Shown here: positions 22,978 through 35,374 of the stretch, piece after piece
How the letters are laid out: every line of letters begins with the position of its first letter
How positions within the stretch are numbered: position 1 is the stretch's first letter
DNA from: Candidatus Alcyoniella australis
Lineage (GTDB): Bacteria; Lernaellota; Lernaellaia; JAVCCG01; Alcyoniellaceae
Assembly (NCBI GenBank): GCA_030765605.1
Contig: JAVCCG010000017.1
Coordinates: forward strand, 35,582-99,581
Length of the DNA: 64,000 nt
Direction of reading: 5' to 3'
Program-made: the position numbers and the translations under genes
Notes under the pieces: generated by a model
Told to the model about the DNA's origin: nothing
Seen by the model: the letters and a program-made list of their open reading frames with translations, nothing else
Database searches by the model: none

Positions 22978-24174
22978 CTATTCAACTTCCGCGCCGAGCA
23001 TTTTGCGAATGCCGCGCACAGCCTGTTTGATTCGTGGTTCGTTTTCGACCAGGGCGAAGCGCACGTAGCCCTCGCCGAACTCGCCGAAGCCGATGCCCGG
23101 GCTGGCCGCCACTTTGGCCTCGGCCACCAGCCGTTTGCAAAAGGCCAGCGAACCCTCGTCGCGGTACTGCTCGGGAATCTGAGCCCAGACGAACATCGTG
23201 CCGCGCGGCTTATCCACCGGCCAACCGGCGCGCACCAGCCCGTCGCACAGCGCGTCGCGCCGCGAGCGATAGGTCTCGACGATCCCGCGCGTCACCTCGG
23301 GGTCGGAGCGCAACGCGATCACTGCCGCGATCTGGATCGGCTGAAATACTCCGTAATCCAGGTAGCTCTTCATGCGGCCCAGGGCCGCGATCATCTGCTT
23401 GTTGCCCACGGCGAAGCCCACGCGCCAGCCGGGCATGTTGTAACTCTTGGACAGCGAGTAGAACTCCACGCCCACGTCCTTGGCCCCGGGCACCTGCATC
23501 AGGCTCGGAGCCCGGCCCTCGAACATCAGATCAGCGTAGGCGAAATCGTGGATCAGCATCACCTGGTTGCGCCGCGCCCAATCGACCAGCCGTTCGAAGA
23601 ACTCGAGGTCGACCATCGCCGCGGTCGGGTTGTGCGGGAAGCTGAAGATCAGCGCCTTGGGCTTGGGCCAGGTAGTGCGGCCGGCCTCGAGCAGGTCGGC
23701 GAAGAAGTCGCGGTCCGGGCCGATCGGCACCGAGCGGATGTTGCCGCCGGCGATGCCCACCGAGTAGATGTGGATCGGGTAGGTTGGGTTGGGCACGAAC
23801 ACTACGTCCTCGGGTCCGATGCAGGCCAGCACCAGGTGCGCCAGCCCTTCCTTGGAGCCAATGGTGACGATCGCCTCGTGCTCGGGGTCGATATCTACGT
23901 CGTAGCGCTCGGAGTAGTGCTCCGCGATTTGGTTGCGCAGGCCGGGGATCCCCTTGCTCATCGAGTAGCGGTGGTTCTTGGTTTCACGCACGGCCTCGAC
24001 CAGCCGCTCGACAATGTGCGGCGGCGTGGAGCCGTCGGGGTTGCCCATTCCGAGGTTGATGATGTCGTCGCCGGCGCGGCGTGCGGCCATCATCTGCTGC
24101 ACTACCTCGGAGAAGACGTAGGGTGGCAGACGCCGCATGCGGTGGAATCGTTCGGAGAGCCAGTTGTCGGTCAT
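22978..24174 (-). CDS. class I/II PLP-dependent aminotransferase (AlaA/AspC-like)
   Basis: 398 aa. [18 protein letters not shown]-lysine motif typical of AlaA-type aminotransferases. Confidence 0.75.
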   Translation of the reverse strand: MTDNWLSERFHRMRRLPPYVFSEVVQQMMAARRAGDDIINLGMGNPDGSTPPHIVERLVEAVRETKNHRYSMSKGIPGLRNQIAEHYSERYDVDIDPEHEAIVTIGSKEGLAHLVLACIGPEDVVFVPNPTYPIHIYSVGIAGGNIRSVPIGPDRDFFADLLEAGRTTWPKPKALIFSFPHNPTAAMVDLEFFERLVDWARRNQVMLIHDFAYADLMFEGRAPSLMQVPGAKDVGVEFYSLSKSYNMPGWRVGFAVGNKQMIAALGRMKSYLDYGVFQPIQIAAVIALRSDPEVTRGIVETYRSRRDALCDGLVRAGWPVDKPRGTMFVWAQIPEQYRDEGSLAFCKRLVAEAKVAASPGIGFGEFGEGYVRFALVENEPRIKQAVRGIRKMLGAEVE

Positions 24175-24180
24175 CGGCGC

Positions 24181-25590
24181 TCAGCCCCGCTCGAAGAACG
24201 TGCGGTACGCCTGGTAGGTGGCGTAGAGGTCGGCCTTGCTCACCAGCTCGAACGGGCTGTGCATCGAGAGCAGCGCCGGGCCGCAGTCGAGCACCTCCGG
24301 GCCGTGCAGCGCCACGAACTTGGCGATCGTGCCGCCGCCCCCGAGGTCGACGCGTCCCATGCCCGCCGCCTGCCAGGGGACTTTGCCGGTATTGAGGATC
24401 CGCCGCACCTTGCCCAGGAACTCGGCCGAGGCGTCCGACGCGCCGGACTTGCCGCGCGAGCCGGTGTACTTGGTCAGCACCACGCCGTTGCCGATCAGCG
24501 CGGCGTTGCGCTTATCGTGGACTTCGGGCCAACCCGGATCGAGGGCTGCCGTCACATCGGCCGAGAGCACCTCGGAGGCCGCCAGCAGTCGGCGCAGTCC
24601 GCGCTCGGAATCGTCCCCGCCCTTGATCCGCAGCAGCTCGCCGAGGAACTCGAGCCAGAAACGACCCTGGGCACCGGTGTTGCCCTCGGAACCGATCTCC
24701 TCCTTGTCGAACAGCAGCGTGGCGATGTTGCGGCCCGAGCGCTTGGCGTCGATCAGTGCGCGCAGACCGGTGTAGGCGCAGCAGCGGTCGTCGTGCCCAT
24801 AGCCGCCGATCAGCTCGCCGTCGAATCCAACGTCCACGGCCTTGCCCGCGGGCACGGCCTCGAGCTCGGCGCTGATCAGGTCCTCCTCGACCATGCCGTA
24901 GCGCTCGTTGAGCAGCGCGAGCACCGCGAGCTTGATGCGGTCTTTGCCCGTGCAATCGGGGTAGGGCGCGTGGCCTACGATCAGGTTGAGTTTCTCAGCG
25001 GGGAACGCCTCGGGTACGCGCTGGCGGTTCTGGTCCTGGCTCAGGTGCGGCAGCAGATCACTGACGCACAGCACTGGTTCGCCCGGCTCGTCGCCGATGC
25101 TGACCTCGACCGCATCGCCGTTGGCCAGCAGCACCACGCCTTGCAGCGCCAGCGGTCGCGCCATCCATTGGTACTTTTTAATTCCGCCGTAGTAGTGGGT
25201 CTTGAACAGACCGAGGTTCGACTCCTCGTACAGCGGATTGCCCTTGAGATCGAGGCGCGGCGAGTCGATGTGCGCGCCGACCATCAGCATTCGATCCAGG
25301 CTCTTGCCATCGATCCGCGCGGCGAGCACGCACTTGTCGCGGTAGACCTGATAGACCTTGCCGCTCCCGGAGGATTTGTCCAGACGCGTAAATCCGGCCT
25401 GATCCAAAATCTCGGCCACCCGGCGCGCGGCCAGCCGCTCGGTCTTGGACGCGTCGAGGAACGAGACGTAATCCTTGGCAAGGCTATGGGCCTTGTCGAT
25501 TCCGGCGCGGCCCAGCAGATCCCAGGCGCTGGCGGTTTCGTGGGTGTACTTCTTCAGCAGTTCGTCGGCTTTTTGTTTGCTCTTTGCCAT
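24181..25590 (-). CDS. M18 family aminopeptidase
   Basis: 469 aa. GAHIDSP zinc-ligand motif and EEIGSEG motif, typical of aspartyl aminopeptidase / M18. Confidence 0.65.
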   Translation of the reverse strand: MAKSKQKADELLKKYTHETASAWDLLGRAGIDKAHSLAKDYVSFLDASKTERLAARRVAEILDQAGFTRLDKSSGSGKVYQVYRDKCVLAARIDGKSLDRMLMVGAHIDSPRLDLKGNPLYEESNLGLFKTHYYGGIKKYQWMARPLALQGVVLLANGDAVEVSIGDEPGEPVLCVSDLLPHLSQDQNRQRVPEAFPAEKLNLIVGHAPYPDCTGKDRIKLAVLALLNERYGMVEEDLISAELEAVPAGKAVDVGFDGELIGGYGHDDRCCAYTGLRALIDAKRSGRNIATLLFDKEEIGSEGNTGAQGRFWLEFLGELLRIKGGDDSERGLRRLLAASEVLSADVTAALDPGWPEVHDKRNAALIGNGVVLTKYTGSRGKSGASDASAEFLGKVRRILNTGKVPWQAAGMGRVDLGGGGTIAKFVALHGPEVLDCGPALLSMHSPFELVSKADLYATYQAYRTFFERG

Positions 25591-25600
25591 TTTCAGAATC

Positions 25601-26404
25601 CTATTCGCAGGCCGTAGCGCGCATCAGCAGTTCGGCCTCGAGTTGGTTGCTCACCGCTCCCAGGGCGTCGGCGACCTGTACGCTGAACTGTGACGACGAC
25701 TCCGCGGGCGCGGTTTCGGTCAGGGTTACCTCAAGCTCCAGAGTTCCCTCGGTCTGTTCCAGATCCGGGGAGATGATGAACGGATTAATGCTTCCTTCAT
25801 CGATGATGACCAGAATCATCCCACCGCCGAGATTGCCGTCGAGATCGGCGAAATCGACCAGCATCGTGCTGGTGCTGCCCACCAGATTGCACACCGGGTT
25901 GGGATCGAAGCGCAGGTTGCTGATCGAGGGTGTGCGGTTGGCCGGGGCCACCTCGAACGTCGCCTCGAGTACGTTGCTTTGGTTACCCGCGGCGTCGACG
26001 ATCCAGACGGCTAGTAGATGCTCACCAGGTTGCGCGTCCTCGGCCGGCAGCACATTGGACATCAGCTCGCCCTCGCCGCGCTCCTCGTGGATGATCGTCA
26101 CCGGCTCGCGCTCCACCGTATCCACTGCCGCGTGAATCGATCCGCCGATCAGGTCGGCATCGGGATCAACGAAATGGATCACGAAGTTCAGCGCGCCGCC
26201 CTGTGGCACCTGCTCGGGGTAGGTGATCAACTCCGAGATCTGCGGCGCACTGTAGTCGTCGTCATCGTCGTCGTCGATGTCGTCGTCCTGGTCGTCGTCA
26301 TCATCATCATCGTCGTCGCCGCTATCCGCGCAGGCTGCCAGCAGCAGCGCGGTTAGGGCGATAGCGAGCAGAATGCGCCAAAGTGTGATGCGTGTTGTTT
26401 TCAC
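25601..26404 (-). CDS. lipoprotein with poly-Asp linker, function unknown
   Basis: Lipobox LLAAC followed by ADSGDDDDDDDDDQDDDIDDDDDDD. Confidence 0.55.
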   Translation of the reverse strand: MKTTRITLWRILLAIALTALLLAACADSGDDDDDDDDDQDDDIDDDDDDDYSAPQISELITYPEQVPQGGALNFVIHFVDPDADLIGGSIHAAVDTVEREPVTIIHEERGEGELMSNVLPAEDAQPGEHLLAVWIVDAAGNQSNVLEATFEVAPANRTPSISNLRFDPNPVCNLVGSTSTMLVDFADLDGNLGGGMILVIIDEGSINPFIISPDLEQTEGTLELEVTLTETAPAESSSQFSVQVADALGAVSNQLEAELLMRATACE

Positions 26405-26664
26405 CAGATGTCCGATGGGATGTCGCCGTTGGCCGCCAGTAGCAGGTCGACCAGGGCGTCGTTAAAGAAGTTGTGCGAGTCGTTGATCGAACGCGCCGTC
26501 TGCGAGGCGTAGAACTTGCGACCCTGGGCGATCTCGTCGGCCAGCGCCTCGAACAGATTGTCGCGGCGGATGCCGCTGCGCACCCTGGGACCGTTGTAGA
26601 GCAGGATGTCCGAGACGATGCCCCGCGCCAGCTCGCGCGCCTTGGAAGGATTGTCGATGGTCAT
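26401..26664 (-). CDS. hypothetical protein (87 aa)
   Basis: ORF overlapping both neighbours by 4 nt. No motif recognised. Confidence 0.35.
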   Translation of the reverse strand: MTIDNPSKARELARGIVSDILLYNGPRVRSGIRRDNLFEALADEIAQGRKFYASQTARSINDSHNFFNDALVDLLLAANGDIPSDIW

Positions 26665-28046
26665 TTGACCTCCACCGCGACCATCCGCCGCTCGCCGTCG
26701 CGCACGCTCTCAAACAGCACGCTGGTGCCCGGCGCGCGGCTCCACAACAGCGTGGCCAGCTGCTCGGGCCGGTTGATCGGAAAGCCATCGGCCTTTTCGA
26801 TCACGTCGCCCACCTGCAGGTCCACGGCCTGCTGCACGGTGGCCGGATCGATCTTTACGACCATCACGCCGCCGCTTTGGTCCAGTCCCTCGGGCATTGC
26901 CACTACGCTGATCCCGATCAAGGCCTCGGTGCCCTGCGGCCACTGCGATTCGTAGAGCCGGTAGTCGTCCGGCGCGGGCAGCAGACGAGCATTAAGCTCG
27001 TTGGGCTGACCGTGGCGCACCAGCTCGATCTGCACCTCGGAGTAGGGCGGGATGCGCGAGATCAGCCGCTGCAGCGAATGGAAGTCGTCGATCGGCTCGG
27101 AGTTCACCGCGGTCAGCATGTCGCCGGGAATAATTCCCGCTTTAGCCGCCGGTGTTCCCGGCCGCGCCTCGGTTACCATTACCGCGCCGCCGCGCTGCTT
27201 GCCTCGCGCCCGCGCCTGGCCCGGAGTAAGGCTTGAGCCGGAGAGCCCAAGGAACGAACGGCGGACTTTACCGCCGGAGGCGAGCTGAGCCGCGACCCAC
27301 CTACACGTATCCAGCGGCACGGCGTAGCCCACACCCTGGCGCGTACCCAATCTGGTCAGCAGCCCGATCACGCGGCCGTCGAGGGTCAGCAGCGGCCCGC
27401 CGGCCAGCTCGTCGATCACCGCGATGTTGGTCTGGATAAAGGTTTCGTAACCATCGTACCCCTCGGGCAACCGGCCCGAGGCGAGCACCACGCCGTGAGC
27501 CATGCTGCGTCCGCCGGAGAGTATCCCGCCCACGCCCACCACCCAGCGTCCCGGCTGGGGCGTCACGCTTCCGGCCAAATCGGGAACGGGCAGTTCCTCT
27601 CCCGCGTCGACCTTTAGCAGCGCCAAATCGCAAAGCTCGTCGATGCCCACAAGCTCGGCGGGCAGCTCGCGGCCGTCGGGCAGCTCGACAAACGTCGCCA
27701 GGTTGCCCTCGACCTGATGCGCGGTGGTCAGGATCAGCCCCTGGGGGTCGATCGCCATGCCCGAGCCCAGGCGCAACGCCGAAGCGCTGCCGGTCTGCAA
27801 GGCCACGGATCCGGGCTGCTCGATCGCGACCTGCTGAATGTGGCGCGTGCGCACCAGCACCACGGAGGGCGCGACGAATCCGGCGACGTCGATGATCCGC
27901 GCCTCCAGGTCGTCCAGACCCGGCGCGGGCGGCATCAGCGGCTGGACCACCGGCGGCGGCGCGGGCTCGCAGCCCGCCGTCAGTGCCAGTAGCGTAATAA
28001 TCAATGCGAAAACGAGCTTGTTCACGTAATCCAGTCCTCGGATCAT
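26661..28046 (-). CDS. DegP/HtrA-like trypsin-fold serine protease with PDZ domain(s), lipoprotein
   Basis: TTAHQV (His), GGPLL (Ser region), C-terminal PDZ-like segments and a lipobox LTAGC. Confidence 0.65.
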   Translation of the reverse strand: MIRGLDYVNKLVFALIITLLALTAGCEPAPPPVVQPLMPPAPGLDDLEARIIDVAGFVAPSVVLVRTRHIQQVAIEQPGSVALQTGSASALRLGSGMAIDPQGLILTTAHQVEGNLATFVELPDGRELPAELVGIDELCDLALLKVDAGEELPVPDLAGSVTPQPGRWVVGVGGILSGGRSMAHGVVLASGRLPEGYDGYETFIQTNIAVIDELAGGPLLTLDGRVIGLLTRLGTRQGVGYAVPLDTCRWVAAQLASGGKVRRSFLGLSGSSLTPGQARARGKQRGGAVMVTEARPGTPAAKAGIIPGDMLTAVNSEPIDDFHSLQRLISRIPPYSEVQIELVRHGQPNELNARLLPAPDDYRLYESQWPQGTEALIGISVVAMPEGLDQSGGVMVVKIDPATVQQAVDLQVGDVIEKADGFPINRPEQLATLLWSRAPGTSVLFESVRDGERRMVAVEVK

Positions 28047-28073
28047 CGAAGCTATCGGATGCTCTCGGGCATG

Positions 28074-29021
28074 TCAAACAGGGGTGGGGGGGACGCCGCG
28101 TCCGCGGATTCGACCTTTGAACGGCAGTAGCAGCCGACTGCGTCGGCGCAGCTTGCGTACCTGCGCAAGGTGTAGCAGCGCCTCGCGTTCGCCGGCCTCG
28201 ATGTAGTCCTCGATCCGGCCGAAGTCGGCCCAGTGGATGCCTCCCACCTCGGGTCTGAGCACCAGGTCGGCCCTGTCCAGCTCCTGGTTGCGCAGGGCGT
28301 ACTTGGCGATCTCGTTGGCGCGATAGATCACCTCCAGCGAACGTTTGGTCGGCGCGACAGTCGAAAGATCGGCCGAGACGTCGACCGCGATCACTCTGCT
28401 GGCCCCCAGCCGCCGGGCCGCACTCACCGGGACCATCGAGGTCGTGCCGCCGTCGATCAGCTCGCGCCCATCGAGGGTTACCGGCGGAAAAAAGCCGGGA
28501 ATCGAAGAGCTGGCGGCCACTGAGTAGAACACCGAACCCTGCTCAAGCAGCGCCTCGGACCCGTTGCGCAGGTCGGTGGCCACGGCGCAAAACGGTATCC
28601 GGCAATCCTCGAACGTCGCCTGCGGATCGATGATCCCCGCCAAATAGGCCGAGAGATCCTCCCAGCTGAGGATCGAGCGGTCGGTCACCGAGCGGGTGTA
28701 GGCCAGGCCGCGTTTGAGGTAGAAGCCGATCGAATCCCAGAACCCGTCTTCATCGTCCAGCTCGCCGCCGCGCCGCATGTTGTGAATTCGCGCGTTACGG
28801 AATTCGCTCGAGGCGAAGAAGCTGCGGAACTTTTGCAGCACTTTATCCACCTGCGGGGTCAGGCTAAACGCCGCGCCGACAACGCTCCCGGCGCTGGTGC
28901 CGACAATCATGTCGACTTTGATCCCCTCCTCTTGGAGGATACGCAGCACGCCCAGGTGCGCCAGCCCCCTGGCGGCGCCGCCGCCCAATGCCAATGCCAG
29001 TCCGCGGAAACGCTGCGTCAT
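28074..29021 (-). CDS. patatin-like phospholipase
   Basis: GGGAARG oxyanion motif and GTSAGS nucleophile motif. The start is chosen at MTQRF, giving an ATGA overlap with the upstream gene. Confidence 0.75.
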   Translation of the reverse strand: MTQRFRGLALALGGGAARGLAHLGVLRILQEEGIKVDMIVGTSAGSVVGAAFSLTPQVDKVLQKFRSFFASSEFRNARIHNMRRGGELDDEDGFWDSIGFYLKRGLAYTRSVTDRSILSWEDLSAYLAGIIDPQATFEDCRIPFCAVATDLRNGSEALLEQGSVFYSVAASSSIPGFFPPVTLDGRELIDGGTTSMVPVSAARRLGASRVIAVDVSADLSTVAPTKRSLEVIYRANEIAKYALRNQELDRADLVLRPEVGGIHWADFGRIEDYIEAGEREALLHLAQVRKLRRRSRLLLPFKGRIRGRGVPPTPV

Positions 29022-29524
29022 CTGAGAAACTCCAACGCTTCCTGGGGGATGAAGTCCAGCGGCAAATGTTGGGCTCGCACCACGATCCACTGATCGTCGC
29101 GTCGTTCGAGCAGCAATCCGACGTTCGCCGTGCGTCCGGCGTCGACCTGCGGCATGCCGCCGCGCAACAGGCTGGGCACGTAGGTTCCTTGGGCCGTGGC
29201 GTTAAAGGTGATCCTCGCCTGGTCGCCGTCGATCTCGATGCGCACCGCCGAGACGTCGATCTCGATGTCGCTGTAGACCTTGAGCCCGGTGCGCACGACC
29301 CTCTCCCAATTCTCGCGCGAGATGCCGGTGTCGTCGGTGAAGTCGTCGCTGAACAACTCGGTCAGCCGGTCGAAGTCCTCGTCCTGCACAGCGTCCGCCG
29401 CGTGTTCGAGCACGCGCTTGACGCGCTGCTCCTCGCTGGGAGTTGCGAAGTAGAGCATCAGCGCCAGGAATATGCCGGCGACCACGATCAGCGCCGCCAG
29501 CTTTCTGCCTTGTTGTGGCGTCAT
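29018..29524 (-). CDS. membrane-anchored hypothetical protein (168 aa)
   Basis: Single N-terminal TM helix and an acidic soluble domain. Translationally coupled to the patatin gene. Confidence 0.45.
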   Translation of the reverse strand: MTPQQGRKLAALIVVAGIFLALMLYFATPSEEQRVKRVLEHAADAVQDEDFDRLTELFSDDFTDDTGISRENWERVVRTGLKVYSDIEIDVSAVRIEIDGDQARITFNATAQGTYVPSLLRGGMPQVDAGRTANVGLLLERRDDQWIVVRAQHLPLDFIPQEALEFLR

Positions 29525-29528
29525 CTTC

Positions 29529-29750
29529 CTACCTACAATTTGAGCAGTTGTTGGACGTGCACCCCGAGCAGCTCGATCCGGAGCCGCCCGTGGTTGCGCC
29601 GCCCGCAGTTGCGCTGTGATGGCTGCACAGGCTGGGCAGCCGTCGTGCCGGAGCCTTGCAGTGCTCGCAAGTCGGAGCCGGGTCCGAGGCGCGCAGCAGC
29701 GTCTCGAAACAATTTCCGCAGGACGTGCATTCGAAGTCGTAAATCGGCAT
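29529..29750 (-). CDS. FmdB-family zinc-ribbon protein
   Basis: MPIYDFECTSCGN...CEHC N-terminal zinc ribbon and a Cys/Ser/Gly-rich tail. Confidence 0.6.
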   Translation of the reverse strand: MPIYDFECTSCGNCFETLLRASDPAPTCEHCKAPARRLPSLCSHHSATAGGATTGGSGSSCSGCTSNNCSNCR

Positions 29751-29762
29751 CGCGCTCCAGCG

Positions 29763-30020
29763 TTATTGCGTCAGACTGCCCGGCGGGCGATGCGATTCTC
29801 CGCCGGAGCCGTAAAGCATCAATCGATCGGCCAGCTCGAGTCGGCAGCGCAGGCACAGCAGCATCTCGATGCGCTGGCAGACCTCGTTCTCGAGCTCGTG
29901 CGCGGTGCGCGGATCGTCGGCCAGCCTGCGGACCGCAGCCACGAGATCGGCCTCAGGGTCGGTCTCGGGCAGCATGCCGTCGAACCCGGAGACCAACTCT
30001 ACACGCACATGATAGAACAA
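29763..30020 (-). CDS. hypothetical protein (85 aa)
   Basis: ORF only. CxxC...CLRC pair suggests possible metal binding. Confidence 0.3.
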   Translation of the reverse strand: MFYHVRVELVSGFDGMLPETDPEADLVAAVRRLADDPRTAHELENEVCQRIEMLLCLRCRLELADRLMLYGSGGESHRPPGSLTQ

Positions 30021-30107
30021 ACGCGACGGCGGCAGCTCGGCCCCGCAATGGTCGCAGCGCCTGTCCGCCTAGTCCCTGCCCGCCTGGTCCCTGTCCGATG
30101 GTTCCAT

Positions 30108-31505
30108 CTAAGCCTCAAATCTGAGCGCCGCAATCAGCGCCAGCGCCGCGGGCTCGAGCTCGTGCGGCTCTAGGGTGCGCGGATCGAGCAGCAGCCGTTC
30201 GCGGCTGATGCGCGCGATCAACGGTGGATCGCCACGGCGCAGCCTTGCGGCCAGCTCGTCCACCGAAACCGCGAGCGGCTCGATCGCCACAGCGCGGGTC
30301 GGCAGTTCGATCAACGGCAGCGCGCCGCCCCCGGCGCGACTGGTCTCGTCGACGATCTCGAGCTTGGCCGCGCCCTGCGGCAGCGACGCCAGTAGCTCGA
30401 CCAACCGTGCGGCGCGCTGTTGCAACTGCGTTGGATCGATGGTCAGGGCAGCCAGGGTCGGCACCTCGCGTATCGCGGTTTGCGGGTCGAGCGAGAGCCG
30501 CAGGGTCGCCTCCAGAGCGGCCAGGGTCATCTTGTCCAGGCGCAGAGCGCGCGCCAGCGGATGGCGCTTGCAGCGCGCGATCAGTTCGGACTTGCCCGCC
30601 AGGATCCCGGCCTGCGGTCCGCCGAGCAGCTTGTCGCCCGAGAACGTGACCAGGTCCACGCCCTCGTCGAGCACTTGGCGCGCGGTGGGCTCGTCGCCCA
30701 ATCCCCACTGCGCGAGGTCGATCAGGCAGCCCGAGCCCAGGTCCTCGACCAGCGGCAGGCCGTGTTCGCGGCCAAGCGCTGTCAGTTCGCCGCGCGAGAC
30801 CTCTTGGGTAAAGCCGACGATGCGGTAGTTGCTGGTGTGCGCGCGCAGCAGCAGCGCAGTGTCCGGGCCGATGGCCTGTCGGTAGTCGCTCAGGTGGGTC
30901 TTGTTGGTCGAACCGACCTCGACCATCTGGGCGCCAGAGGCGGCCATCACTTCTGGAATGCGGAACGATCCGCCGATCTCGACCAGCTGCCCGCGGCTGA
31001 CGATCACCTGTTTGTCGCCGGCCAACGCAGCCAGGGCCAAAAGCACCGCGCCGGCGTTGTTGTTCACGGCGAACGCGTCCTGCGCACCCGTGGCCTCGAT
31101 CAGCAGCTCGCGCACCAGATCGTGGCGCGAACCGCGCTCGCCGCGCTCCAGGTCGTACTCCAGGGTCGAGTAGCTCACTGCGCAACGCTGCGCAGCCCGG
31201 GCCGCCTCGGCGGCCAAACGGCTGCGGCCCAGGTTGGTGTGAAGCACGATTCCCGTGGCGTTGAGCACCGGCTCGAGGCGCGGCCGCAATCTACGTTGCA
31301 GCTCGCCGGACACCAGCTGGGGCCAGCTCGCGGACTGGGGCGGCCCTGCGCCCTGGATGATAGCCTGCCGTACACGCTCCACGGCTGAGCGTGCCGCGGC
31401 CCCCACGTGGGTCCGGCCGTGTTTCTCGATCAGGCCCTTGACCGGCTCGAGTTCGAGCAGCGCTCCCACCTGGGGCAGGCTGCGCAACGCATCTTTAGCA
31501 GTCAT
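30108..31505 (-). CDS. selA: L-seryl-tRNA(Sec) selenium transferase (selenocysteine synthase)
   Basis: 465 aa. Long colinear similarity to my recollection of E. coli SelA (VLHTNLGR, SYSTLEYDL, VNNNAGAVLL, VIVSRGQLVEIGGSFRIPEVM, FSGDKLLGGPQAGI, DKMTLAALEATLRL). Confidence 0.85.
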   Translation of the reverse strand: MTAKDALRSLPQVGALLELEPVKGLIEKHGRTHVGAAARSAVERVRQAIIQGAGPPQSASWPQLVSGELQRRLRPRLEPVLNATGIVLHTNLGRSRLAAEAARAAQRCAVSYSTLEYDLERGERGSRHDLVRELLIEATGAQDAFAVNNNAGAVLLALAALAGDKQVIVSRGQLVEIGGSFRIPEVMAASGAQMVEVGSTNKTHLSDYRQAIGPDTALLLRAHTSNYRIVGFTQEVSRGELTALGREHGLPLVEDLGSGCLIDLAQWGLGDEPTARQVLDEGVDLVTFSGDKLLGGPQAGILAGKSELIARCKRHPLARALRLDKMTLAALEATLRLSLDPQTAIREVPTLAALTIDPTQLQQRAARLVELLASLPQGAAKLEIVDETSRAGGGALPLIELPTRAVAIEPLAVSVDELAARLRRGDPPLIARISRERLLLDPRTLEPHELEPAALALIAALRFEA

Positions 31506-31575
31506 TGAACACCCGTATGCATCAAATATCGCTATCTTGGATTATCGGCGAGCCGCCAGTGGAAGGCAAACGGGA

Positions 31576-34815
<3,240 letters not shown>

Positions 34816-34990
34816 CCTGCAGTTCTCCCGCCGCCCGCTGACGCGGGCCGTCATGCTTACCAATAATCCGGGTTTGCAATGGAGCGCCGGACCTGTCCGG
34901 CCCAGATTTGCCAAAGCATAGGGAAAGGGGTCGCGCCAGTCAACGCCGGTTGGTTACTGTTTCGCCGTGGACTACTAGGCTAGTGGAAAA

Positions 34991-35058
34991 GATCGAGAAA
35001 TCGATCTTTATGTGTAGGCTCGCCGGGGGCACCTTTGAGGTGCCAGCAAAACTCGCGC
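34991..35058 (+). repeat. palindrome-containing intergenic repeat element, copy C (diverged core)
   Basis: GATCGAGAAATCGATC...GTGTAGGCTCGCC...GGCACCTTTGAGGTGCC...AAAACTCGCGC matches the core of copies A/B. Confidence 0.7.
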
Positions 35059-35344
35059 ATAAAGGTTGGTTTTTAACAACGACCAATCCCGCGTCGCGGA
35101 GAGCATCGTTGGACAATGATTATGGTCGCTCGCGTGCCTTGCTGCAGCTCATAGCTGCCTCGCGGGGTGTTCGAAATTTATTTTGAGGTGGGCTGCGTGC
35201 TTTTCCACGCGTATGTCGAAGAAAACGTGCGTGGAGAACCTTGTTCGGCTGACATGCTGACTGTTGAGGGTCGCGGATACTGTCAAAGGCGGCATGCACT
35301 CCGACATTAATAAATTTCGTTCCAATGCCCCGCGAGCGCTTACT

Positions 35345-35368
35345 AATATTGTTTAAACAAACAATATT
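35345..35368. repeat. AT-only inverted repeat AATATTGTTT-aaac-AAACAATATT
   Basis: 10-bp perfect arms immediately downstream of the DegT-like gene stop. Confidence 0.3.
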
Positions 35369-35374
35369 CCCCCG

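Noticed and set aside
23548-25617. 689-aa plus-strand ORF opposite the aminotransferase and M18 peptidase genes
   Set aside because: Same reason. It spans two confident minus-strand genes and looks like a GC-driven open frame, not a gene.
26230-26340. Runs of GTCGTC/ATCATC triplets that look repeat-like
   Set aside because: They are coding microsatellites (poly-Asp codons of the lipoprotein at 25601..26404). They are not a CRISPR array or a noncoding repeat; no spacer/repeat periodicity.
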